A stretch of DNA of 64,000 nucleotides from an uncultured Oscillospiraceae bacterium (lineage in GTDB: Bacteria > Bacillota > Clostridia > Oscillospirales > Oscillospiraceae), in NCBI GenBank assembly GCA_947630375.1, contig CANRHH010000008.1:8745-72744 (forward strand), given 5' to 3'. Each line of letters opens with the position of its first letter. Position 1 is the stretch's first letter. Below are positions 61,895 through 64,000 of this stretch, piece after piece. A program made the position numbers and the translations under genes. The notes beneath the pieces were generated by a model. It searched no databases. It saw only the letters and a list, made by a program, of their open reading frames with translations, and was not told the origin of the DNA.

Positions 61895-61938
61895 TAAGAG
61901 GAAATCACGCAATGCGCGATTTTTAAGGGGGTGTTTTT

Positions 61939-62160
61939 TTGAAACCAAACGGGATAGTTTACTCTAACCTTCGCGCAGAGATGAGTCGGACTAATATCGG
62001 CATAAAGGATATCGCCAAGGCTTGCGATTTTAACCGGGACACTCTCGCAAGAAAACTTGCGAAGAAATCTCCGCTTTACCTTGACGAGGCATTTAAAATT
62101 CAGCAGGCATTTTTCCCGGACAAAGAGCTCCGGTATCTTTTCGATTGTGCTGCTGAGTAA
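61939..62160 (+). CDS. Small XRE/Cro-like HTH protein
   Basis: The 73-aa protein contains IGIKDIAKACDFNRDTLARKLAKKSPLYLDEAF. It has a TTG start after AAGGGGG. Confidence 0.7.
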   Translation: MKPNGIVYSNLRAEMSRTNIGIKDIAKACDFNRDTLARKLAKKSPLYLDEAFKIQQAFFPDKELRYLFDCAAE

Positions 62161-62203
62161 CCCGCCCCGCATCGGCGGGGCGTATGAAAGGAGGTGGAAG
62201 AGC

Positions 62204-62311
62204 GTGGGAGGCAAAAACACGGACCGGCTTATTACCTTCAGCATCGTCACCAGCACTGCCCTTATTCTGCTGAACCTTCTGAGGCTGTTGAGGATCTTTG
62301 GCCTCACTTAA
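62204..62311 (+). CDS. Candidate 35-aa single-TM peptide (P1)
   Basis: The GTG follows GAAAGGAGGTGG. The translation is VGGKNTDRLITFSIVTSTALILLNLLRLLRIFGLT. The leader (hairpin plus SD) is duplicated at 62641..62684. Confidence 0.35.
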   Translation: MGGKNTDRLITFSIVTSTALILLNLLRLLRIFGLT

Positions 62312-62612
62312 AAAAGGTAAAAAGCAGCATTGATATTTCAACAAAGATTGCAATGGTTGAAAGCAGCGCCCCATAAGTTGCCCTCTGCTCTGTGCGCTTC
62401 ATCATCCGATATGCTTCAAACTCTTCCTGACCTGCGGGGCTCAGGGTCACAACGGTGTCTGCCTCAAAGCGATAGTCCGAGAAGGACAGGCGGCCAGGCC
62501 CGGCAAGTTCCTGAAGCTGCTGATAGTTCTGGAGGTTTGCAGCCTTCATGATCGCGCCCAGCGTTTTATGGCGGAGGACAGTTTTACAGACCTTATAGCT
62601 TTTTGCAGTCAT
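62304..62612 (-). CDS. 102-aa protein with a soluble N-domain and a C-terminal TM anchor (unknown function)
   Basis: The RBS is GGAGG. The C-terminus ALLSTIAIFVEISMLLFTFFK is hydrophobic. The 3' end overlaps P1 by 8 nt. Confidence 0.55.
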   Translation of the reverse strand: MTAKSYKVCKTVLRHKTLGAIMKAANLQNYQQLQELAGPGRLSFSDYRFEADTVVTLSPAGQEEFEAYRMMKRTEQRATYGALLSTIAIFVEISMLLFTFFK

Positions 62613-62681
62613 AGCAGGACCTCCAGGGTTTAAATTACTTCACGCCGCCCATCGGCGGGTCATGTGAAAGGAGGGGAGACG

Positions 62682-62762
62682 GTGGACTATCTGAAAAAGC
62701 ATATCTTTGACATTGGCGTTTTGATCGTCGGGTTGGTCGCACTCATAAGAACGTTCTTATAA
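62682..62762 (+). CDS. Candidate 26-aa single-TM peptide (P2)
   Basis: The GTG follows GAAAGGAGGGGAG. The translation is VDYLKKHIFDIGVLIVGLVALIRTFL. Confidence 0.35.
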   Translation: MDYLKKHIFDIGVLIVGLVALIRTFL

Positions 62763-62793
62763 GGGCGATAGCTGAAGAAAGGGAGGGAAGACG

Positions 62794-62889
62794 GTGGGCA
62801 GAGATCCCTTATATGGCTGGCGCTTTGTGATCTGGTCGATGATCGGCGGCATTGTGGGGACGGTCATAATTGCAGTTTGTTTCGGATAA
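62794..62889 (+). CDS. Candidate 31-aa single-TM peptide (P3)
   Basis: The GTG follows AAAGGGAGGGAAG. The translation is VGRDPLYGWRFVIWSMIGGIVGTVIIAVCFG. The 3' end overlaps the convergent gene by 26 nt. Confidence 0.3.
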   Translation: MGRDPLYGWRFVIWSMIGGIVGTVIIAVCFG

Positions 62890-63220
62890 AAGCGACCAGC
62901 ACGGAGACCGCAACGCCGGCTATAAAGCCATACAGCCGTTCCAGCCATTTGTCCCTCTCCTCCATGCGGCGGATCTCTTTGTAGGCCTTCCCGCCCTGGG
63001 TAAGGGAGGCCCCGGCGATGGCCCCGGAGGAATAGTAGGCCAGCTCAACAAGCGCCTTGTCCGCAAGGCCCTTCAAGATGCGGCGGGTTTCATCCTCTGC
63101 ATACCCAAAGGTTTGCTCAAGATATTCATATGTGTAGACGCGTTGCGGCCCGCCGGGGCCTCCGGCAATCAGGCGGTCCAGCATTCTTTTAGATTCTTTA
63201 TCCAGGTACACGGCCTGCAC
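62864..63220 (-). CDS. Winged-helix-like (YjcQ-like, tentative) protein with a C-terminal TM anchor
   Basis: It has the LDRLIAGG...YEYLEQTFGYAEDETRRILKGLADKALVE pattern and then the hydrophobic segment LYGFIAGVAVSVLVAFI. The start is GTG 63220 or GTG 63211. Confidence 0.55.
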   Translation of the reverse strand: MQAVYLDKESKRMLDRLIAGGPGGPQRVYTYEYLEQTFGYAEDETRRILKGLADKALVELAYYSSGAIAGASLTQGGKAYKEIRRMEERDKWLERLYGFIAGVAVSVLVAFIRNKLQL

Positions 63221-63326
63221 CCCCTTTCAGTTTATTGTATCACAGGGCCGGGAGCGGGCGCAAGGTAGCAGATTTACAGTATTTCGAGAAAAAGCCCAAA
63301 GAGGGCTACAGGGAAAGGAGGAAACC

Positions 63327-63656
63327 ATGCAGCGGAATACTATCAAGCTGACACGGAAGACGGCCCAGGCCATTGTGAAGCAGGAGTTGGGGATCTCCGG
63401 CGCGGCCCTGGTGCGGGAGGATACCCCGTCCTTTATGCAGCGGTACACCATGAAGCTGGGGGTGCTGGAGGTCACGGTGGATAACGGGGCCTATGAAAAC
63501 AACGGCTGCTTCCTGCTGAAGCTGGCCCACAATTTCCAGGGGGAGCTGCGTATCTACATAGACCCGAAGACCCTGGCCGAAAACGATGAGGCGGGGGACC
63601 GGTACAGGGCGGAGTGCCGCCGGGAGATGTGCGAGTGCTGCTTCAAGGGGGCGTGA
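63327..63656 (+). CDS. Hypothetical phage protein (109 aa)
   Basis: The RBS is AAAGGAGGAAACC. Composition is normal. The stop overlaps the start of the next gene. Confidence 0.55.
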   Translation: MQRNTIKLTRKTAQAIVKQELGISGAALVREDTPSFMQRYTMKLGVLEVTVDNGAYENNGCFLLKLAHNFQGELRIYIDPKTLAENDEAGDRYRAECRREMCECCFKGA

Positions 63657-63657
63657 C

Positions 63658-64000
63658 ATGGAGGATAAGGTGCGGAACGTGTGCCGGATCGCGCGGGCGG
63701 TGGCCGGGCAGACCCAGGAGCGCTGGGCAGAGTCCATCGACGTGAGCGTGGAGAGTGTGCGGCTCTATGAGAGCGGCCGGGTGATCCCGTCGGACGACGT
63801 GGTGACCCGGATGGCCGAAGTGTCCGGGCACCAGATCATATGCTACTGGCATCTGCTCAATAAAAGCCGGGTGGCGTCGTCTCTGCTGCCGGAGGTGGAG
63901 CAGCTGCCCTTAGAGCAGGCGGTGCTTCGGCTGCTGCGCCGGATGAAGAGCTTCTTTGACCGGCATCGGGACGATGCCTTGATGGAGATCGCCGAGGACG
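63658..64000 (+). CDS. HTH (XRE-like) phage regulatory protein; the 3' end lies outside the window
   Basis: The hand translation is MEDKVRNVCRIARAVAGQTQERWAESIDVSVESVRLYESGRVIPSDDVVTRMAEVSG... and runs open to the window edge. It is coupled to the previous gene (TGACATG). Confidence 0.65.
   Translation, partial: MEDKVRNVCRIARAVAGQTQERWAESIDVSVESVRLYESGRVIPSDDVVTRMAEVSGHQIICYWHLLNKSRVASSLLPEVEQLPLEQAVLRLLRRMKSFFDRHRDDALMEIAED

Larger units (their letters stand above)
58849..64000. mobile_element. Left part of an integrated prophage-like element (att, integrase, moron operon, cI/Cro switch, early genes) that continues beyond the window
   Basis: It has a tRNA-3'-end att repeat, a tyrosine integrase, a divergent cI-like/Cro-like pair and visibly lower GC than the backbone. 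Confidence 0.8.

Noticed and set aside
62057-62376. Longer plus-strand track ORFs (62057..62311 and 62194..62376) lie in the region after the Cro-like gene.
   Set aside because: The first overlaps the Cro-like gene in another frame. Only its last 35 codons (P1) have their own RBS and a TM-peptide character. The second has no RBS and runs antisense through the 102-aa gene.

Overview
This is a visibly GC-rich Firmicutes/Clostridia-type chromosome segment from a spore-former (SpoIIP, SleB-like and CotF-like genes). It is probably an Oscillospiraceae-like organism, but the taxon cannot be proven from sequence alone. About 57 kb is densely packed housekeeping DNA. It contains a T-box-controlled thrS, then a plus-strand run of dprA-topA-trmFO-plsX-rnc-radical SAM-smc-ftsY-yhbY-nadD/yqeK-rsfS-leuS-rpsU. 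Further along are yceD-rpmF-DUF512-der-(PlsY-like), a Bce-type peptide-antibiotic resistance module (RR, HK, ABC ATPase, FtsX permease), a PerR-like/reverse rubrerythrin/rubredoxin oxidative-stress cluster, hpf and mgtE. Accessory-looking items interrupt this backbone: two tandem giant lipoproteins, a 28-codon holin-like-toxin-type ORF between the Bce kinase and transporter, a zinc-ribbon protein with PH-like repeats, an AT-richer 400-nt hairpin cluster, and an acyl-CoA-ligase plus E2-like acyltransferase pair whose catalytic His is replaced. From about 57.8 kb to the window end the DNA is AT-richer and clearly accessory. It holds hicAB, tandem tRNA-3'-end att scars, a tyrosine integrase, a membrane-anchored HIRAN-like two-gene operon in the int-cI moron position, a cI/Cro-like switch, and a duplicated cassette of tiny hydrophobic ORFs converging on membrane-anchored winged-helix-like proteins. 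The last two are my best candidates for an undescribed system. Most long ORFs in the six-frame track that lie antisense to recognisable genes are GC-driven shadow ORFs and were not called.
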